DNA from: Nonlabens ponticola
GTDB lineage: Bacteria; Bacteroidota; Bacteroidia; Flavobacteriales; Flavobacteriaceae
Assembly (NCBI RefSeq): GCF_003966335.1
Contig: NZ_CP034549.1
Span: 750,001-782,000, forward strand
Reading direction: 5' to 3'
DNA: 32,000 nt
The notes beneath the pieces are model-generated. The model was not told the DNA's origin. It worked only from the letters and a program-made list of their open reading frames with translations, and did not search any database. Positions within the stretch are counted from its first letter, which is position 1. The number at the start of each line of letters is the position of its first letter. Below, piece after piece: positions 8,318 to 17,209 of this stretch. The translations under genes were made by a program, and so were the position numbers.

Positions 8318-8925
8318 ACGTGTTTGCCTACTTCAAATCCATGCTTTCCTAAGAACTGGTTACCACTATCAATCGCATCACTTTCTAGTTTGGTCGCCAT
8401 GCTGTCGTTCCATCTATTTAAATAGCCGAATAGCGAGATGACACCTAACATCTCAACGATCTCGCCATCATCCCAATACTTGTGCAGTCGATCTTGAATT
8501 TCTTGATCCACGGCATTAGGCACCTGGCTCGCAGCAAGTGAGAAATCCAGTGCAGCACGCTCCGCATCGCTAAAGGCTGGATGTGTCCTGTATTCCCAGA
8601 TGTTGTACAGTTGTTCTTGTTCTGCGCCATATCGTTCTGCTGCTCTTATCGCGTGTGCTTGACAGTATCGACAACCTGTAGCATTGCTAGAAACCCACGC
8701 AATCATGCGTTTGAGCGCGCTGGTCACACGACCTTCATTTGCCATGACTGCCTTATTCAAGTTGATAAAAGCCTTAGAAATTGCTGGCCTGCGCTGCATG
8801 GTAAGCACGCTGTTAGGGCAAAAACCTAGCGTTTCATTGAAAAAGGTTGCTAGCTCCTTGGTTTCTGGATCATGATCTGGATTCAATGGTGTTACTAGTG
8901 GCATATAACGGATATTTGTAGCCAA
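8314..8925 (-). CDS. AhpD-like / carboxymuconolactone decarboxylase family peroxidase-related protein
   Basis: 203 aa. CxxCxxxH core (GCRYCQAHA). The TTG start at 8925 is uncertain; an alternative ATG lies at 8904. Confidence 0.7.
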   Translation of the reverse strand: MATNIRYMPLVTPLNPDHDPETKELATFFNETLGFCPNSVLTMQRRPAISKAFINLNKAVMANEGRVTSALKRMIAWVSSNATGCRYCQAHAIRAAERYGAEQEQLYNIWEYRTHPAFSDAERAALDFSLAASQVPNAVDQEIQDRLHKYWDDGEIVEMLGVISLFGYLNRWNDSMATKLESDAIDSGNQFLGKHGFEVGKHV

Positions 8926-8947
8926 GTTAGTAAATTACCATTCAACA

Positions 8948-8955
8948 TAACTTTG
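8948..8955 (+). promoter_or_regulatory. Candidate -7 box TAacTTTG upstream of recJ
   Basis: Exact TAnnTTTG 11 nt before the recJ ATG, which implies a very short leader. No well-spaced -33 element. Confidence 0.3.
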
Positions 8956-8966
8956 TCAATTACCAC

Positions 8967-10664
8967 ATGCGCTGGACACTCAAACCTGCTCCTGATCCTA
9001 GTAAAACCACCCAACTTGCTCAAGAGCTTAAAATTGATGAGGTACTGGCTGGTTTGTTGGTGCAACGTGGTGTTGACGCTTTCGCGAAAGCAAAATCATT
9101 CTTCAGGCCATCTCTTGACGACCTGCATGATCCACTCTTAATGACAGACATGCAAGCGGCTGTAAAACGTATAGCTAAAGCTGTGGCAAATCAGGAAAAT
9201 ATACTGGTGTATGGCGACTATGACGTGGACGGTACCACCAGTGTAGCGCTGGTTTCATCTTTTTTGCAATCGTATTATCCTAATGTAGCTACCTATATTC
9301 CAGATCGTTATGAAGAAGGTTACGGCGTGAGTTATCAGGGAATTGATTATGCCCACGACAATGATTTCTCGTTGATCATAGCTCTAGATTGTGGCGTTAA
9401 AGCCGTTGATAAAGTAGCTTATGCAAGTGAGAAGAATATTGATTTTATCATCTGCGATCACCATAGACCTGGCAAGAAATTACCTGAAGCTATAGCGGTT
9501 CTAGACCCAAAACGTGATGACTGTGAGTATCCCTATGATGAATTATGCGGTTGTGGTGTCGGTTTCAAATTGTGCCAGGCCATCGTGCAAGCAAACGATT
9601 GGGATTTTGATTTACTCATTCCTTATCTAGATCTAGTAGCTACCGCTATCGGTGCAGATATCGTCCCGATTACAGGTGAAAACAGGATTCTTGCGCACCA
9701 TGGTTTGCATGTGATAAATTCAAGCCCGCGTGCTGGATTCAAAGTGATTATTGAGAATATGAAACTCAAGAACAAATTCACTATTACAGATGTGGTTTTC
9801 AAGATCGCACCACGCATCAATGCCGCTGGTCGCATGAAACATGGACAACACGCTGTGAGTCTCATGACTGAAACTGATGAGCTATCTGCTAAAACCATGG
9901 CACTGGAGATTGAAGAATTCAATAGCGATAGAAAAAGTGCCGATCAATCAATAACAATAGAGGCGCTTGATCAAATTGAGGCGTTAGGAGAACAAGAACG
10001 CTACACAACAGTAGTGTATGATGCGAGCTGGCATAAAGGAGTAATAGGAATAGTTGCCAGCCGCTTGATTGAAAGATATTATCGACCTACTCTAGTATTT
10101 ACAAAAAGTGGTGACTATCTCGCTGCAAGTGCACGCAGTGTCAAGGGATTTGATGTGTATAATGCTCTAGAGCAATGCGGTGATTTGATCGAGCAATTTG
10201 GCGGTCATAAATATGCAGCAGGTTTGACCTTAAAAGCAGAAAACTATGATGCGTTTAAGGCTCGATTTGAGGAAGTGGTTTGTGCCACAATTTTAAATAA
10301 GGATCTAGTCGAGGAAATCAAAATAGATAGCATTTTACCGCTAGCAAGTATCAGCCCAAAATTCTACCGTATTCTCAAACAAATGGAACCATATGGGCCC
10401 GGAAATATGACGCCTATTTTCATGACGCAACAGGTTCAGGACACTGGCTATGGTAAATGCGTGGGTCATGAAGATGCTCACTTAAAGATACGAGTTACAA
10501 AACCTAATGATTCTAAACACGATTACAATGCGATAGGTTTTAATCTAGGTTCAAAATGTGATTTAATTGTAGATAAGAAGAAATTTGATATTGCTTACAG
10601 CATCGATGAGAATGAGTGGAACAACGAGGTAAGCCTGCAATTGAGATTGCGAGACATTAGCTAG
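8967..10664 (+). CDS. recJ: Single-stranded-DNA-specific 5'-3' exonuclease RecJ
   Basis: 565 aa. DHH-family motifs (VYGDYDVDGTTS, LDCG, ICDHHRP) and a DHHA1-like GGHKYAAG. Confidence 0.95.
   Translation: MRWTLKPAPDPSKTTQLAQELKIDEVLAGLLVQRGVDAFAKAKSFFRPSLDDLHDPLLMTDMQAAVKRIAKAVANQENILVYGDYDVDGTTSVALVSSFLQSYYPNVATYIPDRYEEGYGVSYQGIDYAHDNDFSLIIALDCGVKAVDKVAYASEKNIDFIICDHHRPGKKLPEAIAVLDPKRDDCEYPYDELCGCGVGFKLCQAIVQANDWDFDLLIPYLDLVATAIGADIVPITGENRILAHHGLHVINSSPRAGFKVIIENMKLKNKFTITDVVFKIAPRINAAGRMKHGQHAVSLMTETDELSAKTMALEIEEFNSDRKSADQSITIEALDQIEALGEQERYTTVVYDASWHKGVIGIVASRLIERYYRPTLVFTKSGDYLAASARSVKGFDVYNALEQCGDLIEQFGGHKYAAGLTLKAENYDAFKARFEEVVCATILNKDLVEEIKIDSILPLASISPKFYRILKQMEPYGPGNMTPIFMTQQVQDTGYGKCVGHEDAHLKIRVTKPNDSKHDYNAIGFNLGSKCDLIVDKKKFDIAYSIDENEWNNEVSLQLRLRDIS
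9078..9091. repeat. Palindrome core copy 3, inside the recJ CDS (encodes A-F-A-K-A)
   Basis: Perfect GCTTTCGCGAAAGC in codon phase 0 of recJ. Confidence 0.95.
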
Positions 10665-11058
10665 CTTGCTTTTGATCTACCACTTTCAGAATGTTCGATA
10701 AACTTTTAGGTGTTACTGGTTTAACTACAAATTCTTTAACTTCCTTATATAGTTTTGATTTGAGTTTGTCGTTAGGATCAATTGAACTACTTACTAAAAA
10801 GATGATTATCTGATCCTTGTGTGGATAGTGAATAAATGAATCCAAAAATTGCCAACCATCCATAACGGGCATGTTGATGTCGAGCAATATCACATCAGGT
10901 ATGTTGGCAGGCTCTATATTAATTAGCCTATCGATGGCTAGCTTACCATTGCCAAAAGTTTCTAATTGATAAGGCCTTCTAAATTTACCGATCATTTTTT
11001 TAACGGTAAACGTAAAGATCTTATCATCGTCAACAAGCCATACCTTACTCGCAATCAT
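10657..11058 (-). CDS. Stand-alone response regulator receiver protein (CheY-like)
   Basis: 133 aa. Acidic pocket (VDDD), phospho-acceptor context (ILLDINMP), conserved K (VVKP). 2 nt downstream of the kinase gene. Confidence 0.9.
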   Translation of the reverse strand: MIASKVWLVDDDKIFTFTVKKMIGKFRRPYQLETFGNGKLAIDRLINIEPANIPDVILLDINMPVMDGWQFLDSFIHYPHKDQIIIFLVSSSIDPNDKLKSKLYKEVKEFVVKPVTPKSLSNILKVVDQKQAS

Positions 11059-11060
11059 AC

Positions 11061-12899
11061 TTATAAGGTAATTCTAAAGGTGGTTCCTAAATTTTTCTTG
11101 CTGCGTACTCCTATGGTACCGCCCATGGCTTCTACTTGATTTTTAGTCATATAGAGTCCTATGCCACGAGCATCTTTATTGCCGTGAAAAGTCTTATACA
11201 TACCAAAGACCTTGTGGCCATTGCGCTTCATATCAATACCGGTACCATTATCTTCAAAAACTATCAGTGATTTTCCATCTTGTTTTGTGGCACTAATTTT
11301 TATAAAGCTAGCAATGTCTTTTTTTCTGTATTTAATACTATTAGTCATCAAATTGAGCAAAATACTTTCTAGATAAGCTGGTGAAGCAGATACTACAAAG
11401 TCATCATCAATATTGATGTGTACATCTACTTGATTCTCTTTAATCTGTGAGCTTATGTTATCCATGACTTTGACAATATTGTCCTTGAGGTAGATATTGC
11501 TCAGTTCAATCCTTTCTGTATTTACCGCAACAACGTCATTAAGGTGACCTATAGTTTCTGTTAATTGTTTACTTGATGAGCTCAGTAGCTGGATGATGTT
11601 GTTCTTGTCATCCTCGTTTTCTTCTTTTTGATATAGATGTAACAATACCTCAAAATTACTGGAGTGAGATCTCAGGTTGTGACTCACAATGTGGGCAAAG
11701 TTCAACAATCGCTCATTTTGTTGAGCAGTAAATTTGGTAAAAGCCTTTAATTCTTGTTCTTTGTCTTTGAGCGCTGATATATCAAGAGCTTGAATAATCA
11801 AGTCAATAGGATCACCATTCTCATCTTCAATCAAGGTTCCTACAATGGAACTAGCAACAAATTTTCCCGTGGATCTCTTTAATTTGATTTCTAATTCAAG
11901 ATTATTTACCTTTTTATTGAGCAAATCTGTAACAGCATTGAATAAGCGTGGGAATTCATCTTTAGAAACCATTTGTTCTAGAGACATCCTCATGAGCATA
12001 TCTGCATCATAATTGAGCAACGAGCTTATACTAGGATTTACAGCACCTATTTGTAAGGAGACAGGATCAACTACAAGCATACCAACACCTGAGGCGTTGA
12101 ATAATTCTTCAAATTTGCGTAGTGCGGCGCCATAAGCCCTGTCTACATAAACCTTTTCTGTAATATCTTCAAAAGTTCCAAATTGACGAACGCATTTACC
12201 GTCTACCATTTCAGCCTTCATGACACTGCGCACCCAGCGCTCGTTGCCTTTTGCTGTAATTAGTTGTAACTCTACGTCAAATTCCTCACCAGTAGTATAG
12301 GATCGTGTGAATAGATCAGTCACCTTTTCCTGCGATGCGCCAGGTTTGTAAAAGCTTAATCCCGTGGCTACATCTGGAACAAAGTCCACAGCGACCTCAT
12401 GGATTTTCTTTGTAGTATCAGACCAATATAATTCTCCATTAATATGATTGACTTCCCAGCTCCCTATTTTAGCCTTATCTGCTGCATCAAGTAATAGTTG
12501 GTGCTCTTTATTATGTCTAGCTTGTTCTTCAACAAAGTCAGTGATATCCTCGCTGTACATAATCACACCAGCTATCTCTCCATTACTTCTATGAGGCTTG
12601 ATCGACCACTTAATCCATTGAGTGGTACCATCTTCTCTCAAGAATGATTGACCATCACTGTGTTCTTCGGCTCCATTTAATATGCGTTGATGCTTATCAC
12701 GCCATTCTTTACCTATTTCAGGGAAAATCTCATAATGTTGAAAGCCGCGCAAGTCTGTTTTGTCTAGATTATAATCGCTGCACCATTTTAAGGAGTGTGC
12801 GAGATATTTCAAGTCATTATCTAGGTATGCGATAGCAACAGGAGCTTGATAAAGTTGCTCGTGCAGCGCCTTAAAAGATTGATGAGGGATTTCTTTCAT
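11061..12899 (-). CDS. Multi-PAS sensor histidine kinase (cytoplasmic)
   Basis: 612 aa. Three PAS-like modules, an H box (VSHNLRSH), and N/G boxes (LMTNSIKY, DNGTGID, GIGLY). Confidence 0.9.
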   Translation of the reverse strand: MKEIPHQSFKALHEQLYQAPVAIAYLDNDLKYLAHSLKWCSDYNLDKTDLRGFQHYEIFPEIGKEWRDKHQRILNGAEEHSDGQSFLREDGTTQWIKWSIKPHRSNGEIAGVIMYSEDITDFVEEQARHNKEHQLLLDAADKAKIGSWEVNHINGELYWSDTTKKIHEVAVDFVPDVATGLSFYKPGASQEKVTDLFTRSYTTGEEFDVELQLITAKGNERWVRSVMKAEMVDGKCVRQFGTFEDITEKVYVDRAYGAALRKFEELFNASGVGMLVVDPVSLQIGAVNPSISSLLNYDADMLMRMSLEQMVSKDEFPRLFNAVTDLLNKKVNNLELEIKLKRSTGKFVASSIVGTLIEDENGDPIDLIIQALDISALKDKEQELKAFTKFTAQQNERLLNFAHIVSHNLRSHSSNFEVLLHLYQKEENEDDKNNIIQLLSSSSKQLTETIGHLNDVVAVNTERIELSNIYLKDNIVKVMDNISSQIKENQVDVHINIDDDFVVSASPAYLESILLNLMTNSIKYRKKDIASFIKISATKQDGKSLIVFEDNGTGIDMKRNGHKVFGMYKTFHGNKDARGIGLYMTKNQVEAMGGTIGVRSKKNLGTTFRITL

Positions 12900-13035
12900 G
12901 ACATTAAAATAGGTAACTTAATTTGTTAACAAACGTTAATGAAAAACGCATCAACATTTTAATCGATAAAAAACAATTAAATAAGATAAAAAACAATAGT
13001 TGTTGTAGGGTAAAGGTATTTCACCGAACCAAAGT

Positions 13036-13788
13036 TTAGAATTTATCTAATTTTAGATCAATTCCATTGAATACTCCATAGGTGTAATGCGTGATCCAAT
13101 CACCTAGATTTATATACTTTGAGCTTTCTGATAGTTCAATCTCCAGCGGTAAATGTCTGTGGCCAAAGATGAAGTAGTCATAATGTTCATCTTCTAATTT
13201 CTTGCGGGCATATTGAGCCAGCCATTCTTGATCTTCACCTAGAAAAATAGCATCGTCGTCGCCTGAGATCAGTTTATTCTTGACAGATAGATGACGAGCT
13301 AGCCGCACACCTATATCGGGATGGATCCATTTAAAGCACCACTGGAAGAATTTATTGGTAAAGATCTTTTTCATGCGTTTGTAACCCTTGTCACCAGGTC
13401 CTTTGCCATCGCCGTGGCCTATAAAAAACTTCTTACCGTTGAATTCAAAAACCTGAGGCTCGTGATAAACAGGTATGCTCAGCTCATCCTCAAAGTAACC
13501 GAACATCCACAGATCATGATTACCCACAAAAAAATAGATAGGAATACCGCTATCTCTGATCTCGGCCAGTTTTCCCAATACGCGCACTTGACCTTTAGGC
13601 ACCACCGTATCGTACTCATACCAGAAGTCAAATAGATCGCCCAGCAAAAAAATCGCTGCTGCATCCTTTCTAGCCATTTCCAGCCAATCCAGAAATTTAC
13701 GTTCACGAGGTTTGCTCAGTTCCTGAGTTGGTGCACCCAGGTGATTATCGCTTGAGAAATAGACTTTTTTTCCTTCGGGAATCTGCAT
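13036..13788 (-). CDS. lpxH: UDP-2,3-diacylglucosamine diphosphatase (LpxH)
   Basis: 250 aa. Metallophosphoesterase motifs (SDNHLG, GDLFDFW, GNHD, GHGD, GHRH) in LpxH-like spacing. Confidence 0.8.
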   Translation of the reverse strand: MQIPEGKKVYFSSDNHLGAPTQELSKPRERKFLDWLEMARKDAAAIFLLGDLFDFWYEYDTVVPKGQVRVLGKLAEIRDSGIPIYFFVGNHDLWMFGYFEDELSIPVYHEPQVFEFNGKKFFIGHGDGKGPGDKGYKRMKKIFTNKFFQWCFKWIHPDIGVRLARHLSVKNKLISGDDDAIFLGEDQEWLAQYARKKLEDEHYDYFIFGHRHLPLEIELSESSKYINLGDWITHYTYGVFNGIDLKLDKF

Positions 13789-13843
13789 GCAGCAAAGATA
13801 GTGTTATGCACTAATTGTTTGATAGCAGTAAGTTTTGATGGGA

Positions 13844-13865
13844 TTACGCTTTCGCGAAAGCGTAA
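13844..13865. repeat. Palindromic repeat element copy 4: perfect 22-bp palindrome TTACGCTTTCGCGAAAGCGTAA
   Basis: Perfect self-complementarity over 22 bp, in the spacer between the RskA-like lipoprotein gene and lpxH. Confidence 0.95.
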
Positions 13866-13945
13866 TAGTCAAAAATCACACGTACTAAAAGTAAGGGCAG
13901 CCTATCTGCAAACAAACTGCCCTAACAAAACAAACCTAACAACTA

Positions 13946-14839
13946 CTACCTGCGCACGGTGCCTCTAGGGAAAGACTGTTGCACATAGTTTTGAAAGTTC
14001 TGTGATGCTGGTGCTGTTGCGGCACCTGCTGTAGCAAACAAAGGTTTTAATGTGAATGGTGCTGGAGAATTGTCTGGCACTGGCTCAAGACTGATTACCA
14101 CGTTACGACCTACCACACTGAATGGTAAACTCTCACCATTTGGCAGATTGTTGAAGAAATCCTCGCCAGGTACTGGTGGTCCTGCATTGTTTTCTGTCCC
14201 GCTAAATCCATTATCATCATCTCTATCACCAAAGTCGGTAAAAGTTCCTGTACTCAATGGGCCGCTATCACCTATTACCCAGCCTTCATAAACCCAACCT
14301 TCTGGCAATTCAGGTAGGTCTAGATTTGCCGTAGGTGGCATCCCTGGAGAACCGAACCATACGCCAGCCTCATCATTACCATTGTTACCATTAAGTTCAT
14401 CAGTAGGTGTTCTTAGGAAAAAGCTACCTGCTGCATCAGAAAAATCACCTGGTGCTGGGCCAAAATCTGTCGATAATGTAACAGTATCACCATCAAAGCT
14501 ACCTGCTAGGTACTTGACATCGCTGGGCGCTGGATCGTTATCTGGCGACGGTTCAATAGTTAGGATAAATGCGGTGGCTGCATCCAGATCATCTTGGGAC
14601 ACCTCAAAGTCTGTGGTGCTCAGGTCACCATTTGCATTTACATTAAAGGTTCCTGTGGTAACGGGCACGCCATCTACCATGACCCAACCTTCATAAGCAT
14701 AATCAGGTCCTAGATCATCCAGTCCTTGAATGTCCAGTTTAAGATCTGCCGTCTGGTTTGTGGATACATCATCATCGTTGTCAGAACATGCTCCTAGAGC
14801 AAGAGCGACAATTGCTAGGGTTAAAAGTGAATTTTTCAT
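13946..14839 (-). CDS. Lipoprotein with two tandem RskA-like (anti-sigma-K C-terminal-like) domains
   Basis: 297 aa with lipobox LGAC. Internal duplication: YEGWVMVDGVPVTTGTF...LTIEPSPDNDPAPS and YEGWVIGDSGPLSTGTF...ISLEPVPDNSPAPF. This resembles the YxxW...G.P.S.G / EP..G...P pattern of the RskA extracytoplasmic domain. Confidence 0.55.
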   Translation of the reverse strand: MKNSLLTLAIVALALGACSDNDDDVSTNQTADLKLDIQGLDDLGPDYAYEGWVMVDGVPVTTGTFNVNANGDLSTTDFEVSQDDLDAATAFILTIEPSPDNDPAPSDVKYLAGSFDGDTVTLSTDFGPAPGDFSDAAGSFFLRTPTDELNGNNGNDEAGVWFGSPGMPPTANLDLPELPEGWVYEGWVIGDSGPLSTGTFTDFGDRDDDNGFSGTENNAGPPVPGEDFFNNLPNGESLPFSVVGRNVVISLEPVPDNSPAPFTLKPLFATAGAATAPASQNFQNYVQQSFPRGTVRR

Positions 14840-14970
14840 TGTTTATATAATTTGTTATTGTTGATGTAAATAACAGGAGATGATGTAACACCAGTGTTGC
14901 AAGAAATTAAAAGTATTATCACGGCCTGTGATGCTTTTGTGATATACTTATAGTTCATTTATTCCAGCTT

Positions 14971-15666
14971 ATGAAAACACTGATCATAGAAGACGATAAG
15001 GAACTTTCAGACCTGCTTGCCCTGCATGTGGACGATCTGGATACAGAGATCATACAGCGTTATGACGGCCAGTCGGGTCTGGAAGCAGCACTGGAAAACG
15101 ACGTGGATTTGATCCTGCTGGACATTACTATGCCTAAACTGGATGGTATAGAAGTATGCAAACGCATACGCAAGGAAAAGAATACTCCTATAATAATGGT
15201 TACTTCACGCAGCGAGGAAATTGACAAGGTCCTGGGTCTGGAAATAGGAGCAGATGATTACATCACAAAACCATTTTCCATACGTGAACTCAAGGCACGA
15301 ATCAAGGCTGTTTTAAGAAGAACGGAAAGTGTCAAAAGTACCGAGCAAAAGGATTCACAAGACGTATTGCAATTCACAGATTTAGGCATTGATATTCCCA
15401 TGAGAAAAGTGATGGTGAGAGGCGAGCGCATAGAATTATCACCTAAAGAATTTGAGCTGCTGGTAGTACTGGCAAGCAACCAAGGTAGGTCCTTCTCGCG
15501 CGGCGAGTTGCTCAACATGATTTGGGGTTACAATTTTTCAGGTTATGAGCATACGGTGAACTCTCACATCAATAGATTGCGCATTAAGGTAGAGAAAGAC
15601 ATGAGCGCACCAGAATACATACTGACCACTTGGGGCATAGGCTACCGATTTAATGAAGAGATATGA
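14971..15666 (+). CDS. OmpR/PhoB-family response regulator
   Basis: 231 aa. Receiver domain (LLDITMP) plus a winged-helix output domain (ending TTWGIGYRF). Confidence 0.95.
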   Translation: MKTLIIEDDKELSDLLALHVDDLDTEIIQRYDGQSGLEAALENDVDLILLDITMPKLDGIEVCKRIRKEKNTPIIMVTSRSEEIDKVLGLEIGADDYITKPFSIRELKARIKAVLRRTESVKSTEQKDSQDVLQFTDLGIDIPMRKVMVRGERIELSPKEFELLVVLASNQGRSFSRGELLNMIWGYNFSGYEHTVNSHINRLRIKVEKDMSAPEYILTTWGIGYRFNEEI

Positions 15667-17123
15667 AAAAGAAGTTTGTTCTTAAACTCTGGTTGATCAT
15701 AATAGGTCTGGTAGGATTGATGGCGGTGGCTTATGCTGCGATCACCACACATTTTCAGCGTAGTCTACAAACGCAGGTGCAGCAGGAGTTGCACGCGACA
15801 CTCGCACAAGACCTGGTGGATGAGAAATTTAAAGATGATGTGCCCTTTAATGCAGATGGCAGTGTGAACAAAGCTTTCTTTGGTGATTTGATGCACAACA
15901 TGATGGCCATAAATAGGACGATTGAGATTTACCTTCTTGATGAGTCGGGTCGCATTTTATACAGCGTTGTTCTCGATCCCAAAGAGAACGATGCCGCTCA
16001 ATTGGTGCCATTAGAACCTATACAGCAGTTTATTAATCGGGAAAACGGTGAGGTCATCAAAGGTGTCGATCCTACTGATCCAGGTAACAAAAAGATTTTT
16101 AGCGCAGCACCTTATTCCACTGATCTAGGCGACGGCTATGTCTATATAATTCTTGAGGGAAATAAACTAGCCAGCGTTAATGCAAGCATCCTTGATACAG
16201 AGTTGGCAACCTTTACGCTTTGGCTACTAGTGATTACTTCGCTTTTTATCATGGCAATAGGTCTAGGTGCGGTAACGCTGGTTACCAGAAACCTGCGTCG
16301 CATGACAGCAGTCATCACAGATTTTAGAGATGGCGACTTGCAGGCGCGCATCCTTAATCCTAGTGAGAGTGACTTTCCAGTTTATGCACAGGCCTTTAAT
16401 GAAATGGCCAACACGATTACTTCAAACCTAGAAGAATTAAAAGGCGTTGATGAATTGCGCAGAAACCTAATCGCAAATGTTTCTCACGATCTGCGCACGC
16501 CACTCGCCATTATTAGAGGCTATGCCGAAACCGTAAAAGATAGCCTGCAGGATTTACCTCTTGAAAAGCAGCACAAATATTTGAGCATCATAGAAAGCAA
16601 CAGCCAGAAACTTACGGGATTGGTAGAGCAGCTTTTTGAATATTCAAAACTGGAAGCGAGACAAATTCAGCCGCATAAAGAGCATTTCTCAATTTCAGAT
16701 CTGGCGCAGGATATCATCGTCAAATATGAATTGCTTGCCAAAGAAAAATCCATTGATCTCAAGCTCAATAAAGCACAAGAAAATATAATGGCTCATGCAG
16801 ATGTCGCTCTTATGGAGCGCGCCATTGAAAATCTGCTGCAAAACGCTATTAAATACACCCAAGAACATGGCGAGGTCGTCATCGACATCCAACAAATCGG
16901 GACTGATTGTAAAGTCTCTGTCATTGACAATGGCGCTGGAATAGAAGAAGAGTTCCAGAAATCCATTTTTGCCAGGTTTCAAACCGCACCATCCAGCCGT
17001 GGTCAGGGCACAGGAATTGGTCTAGCCATCGTCCAGAAAATCATGGAACTGCACGACACAACTATTGAGTTGGTAAGCCGCAAACAGCAGGGCAGTACTT
17101 TTAGCTTTATGCTACCTGCCTGA
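15663..17123 (+). CDS. Membrane sensor histidine kinase (2 TM, periplasmic loop, HAMP, HisKA, HATPase)
   Basis: 486 aa. H box SHDLRTPL, N box QNAIKY, G boxes DNGAGI and GTGIGL. ATGA overlap with the regulator gene. Confidence 0.95.
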   Translation: MKKKFVLKLWLIIIGLVGLMAVAYAAITTHFQRSLQTQVQQELHATLAQDLVDEKFKDDVPFNADGSVNKAFFGDLMHNMMAINRTIEIYLLDESGRILYSVVLDPKENDAAQLVPLEPIQQFINRENGEVIKGVDPTDPGNKKIFSAAPYSTDLGDGYVYIILEGNKLASVNASILDTELATFTLWLLVITSLFIMAIGLGAVTLVTRNLRRMTAVITDFRDGDLQARILNPSESDFPVYAQAFNEMANTITSNLEELKGVDELRRNLIANVSHDLRTPLAIIRGYAETVKDSLQDLPLEKQHKYLSIIESNSQKLTGLVEQLFEYSKLEARQIQPHKEHFSISDLAQDIIVKYELLAKEKSIDLKLNKAQENIMAHADVALMERAIENLLQNAIKYTQEHGEVVIDIQQIGTDCKVSVIDNGAGIEEEFQKSIFARFQTAPSSRGQGTGIGLAIVQKIMELHDTTIELVSRKQQGSTFSFMLPA

Positions 17124-17149
17124 TTCCCATTTTTAGGTAGTCTTGTTTG

Positions 17150-17181
17150 TGATAATTACGCTTTTGCGAAAGCGTAACAAC
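17150..17181. repeat. Palindromic repeat element copy 5 (22-bp palindrome at 17156-17177 with one C-to-T change in the core at 17165)
   Basis: tgataattaCGCTTTTGCGAAAGCGtaacaac, 30/32 identical to 3242-3273. Confidence 0.9.
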
Positions 17182-17209
17182 CCAACAACATCTTGCATTA
17201 TATTTAAGC

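Noticed and set aside
8953-9141. 62-aa + strand ORF overlapping the recJ start in another frame
   Set aside because: The recJ frame starting MRWTLKP at 8967 is the recognisable one. The alternative frame is a hydrophobic, low-information peptide.
13793-13800. Exact TAtcTTTG -7 box on the minus strand upstream of lpxH
   Set aside because: It ends only 4 nt before the ATG, so a transcript started from it would begin inside the CDS. It is either coincidental or implies a leaderless mRNA, and the sequence alone cannot support either.
14052-14696. Two + strand ORFs (79 and 104 aa), rich in P/S/G
   Set aside because: They are antisense shadows of the D/G/P-rich RskA-like lipoprotein gene. They have no start context and no recognisable fold.
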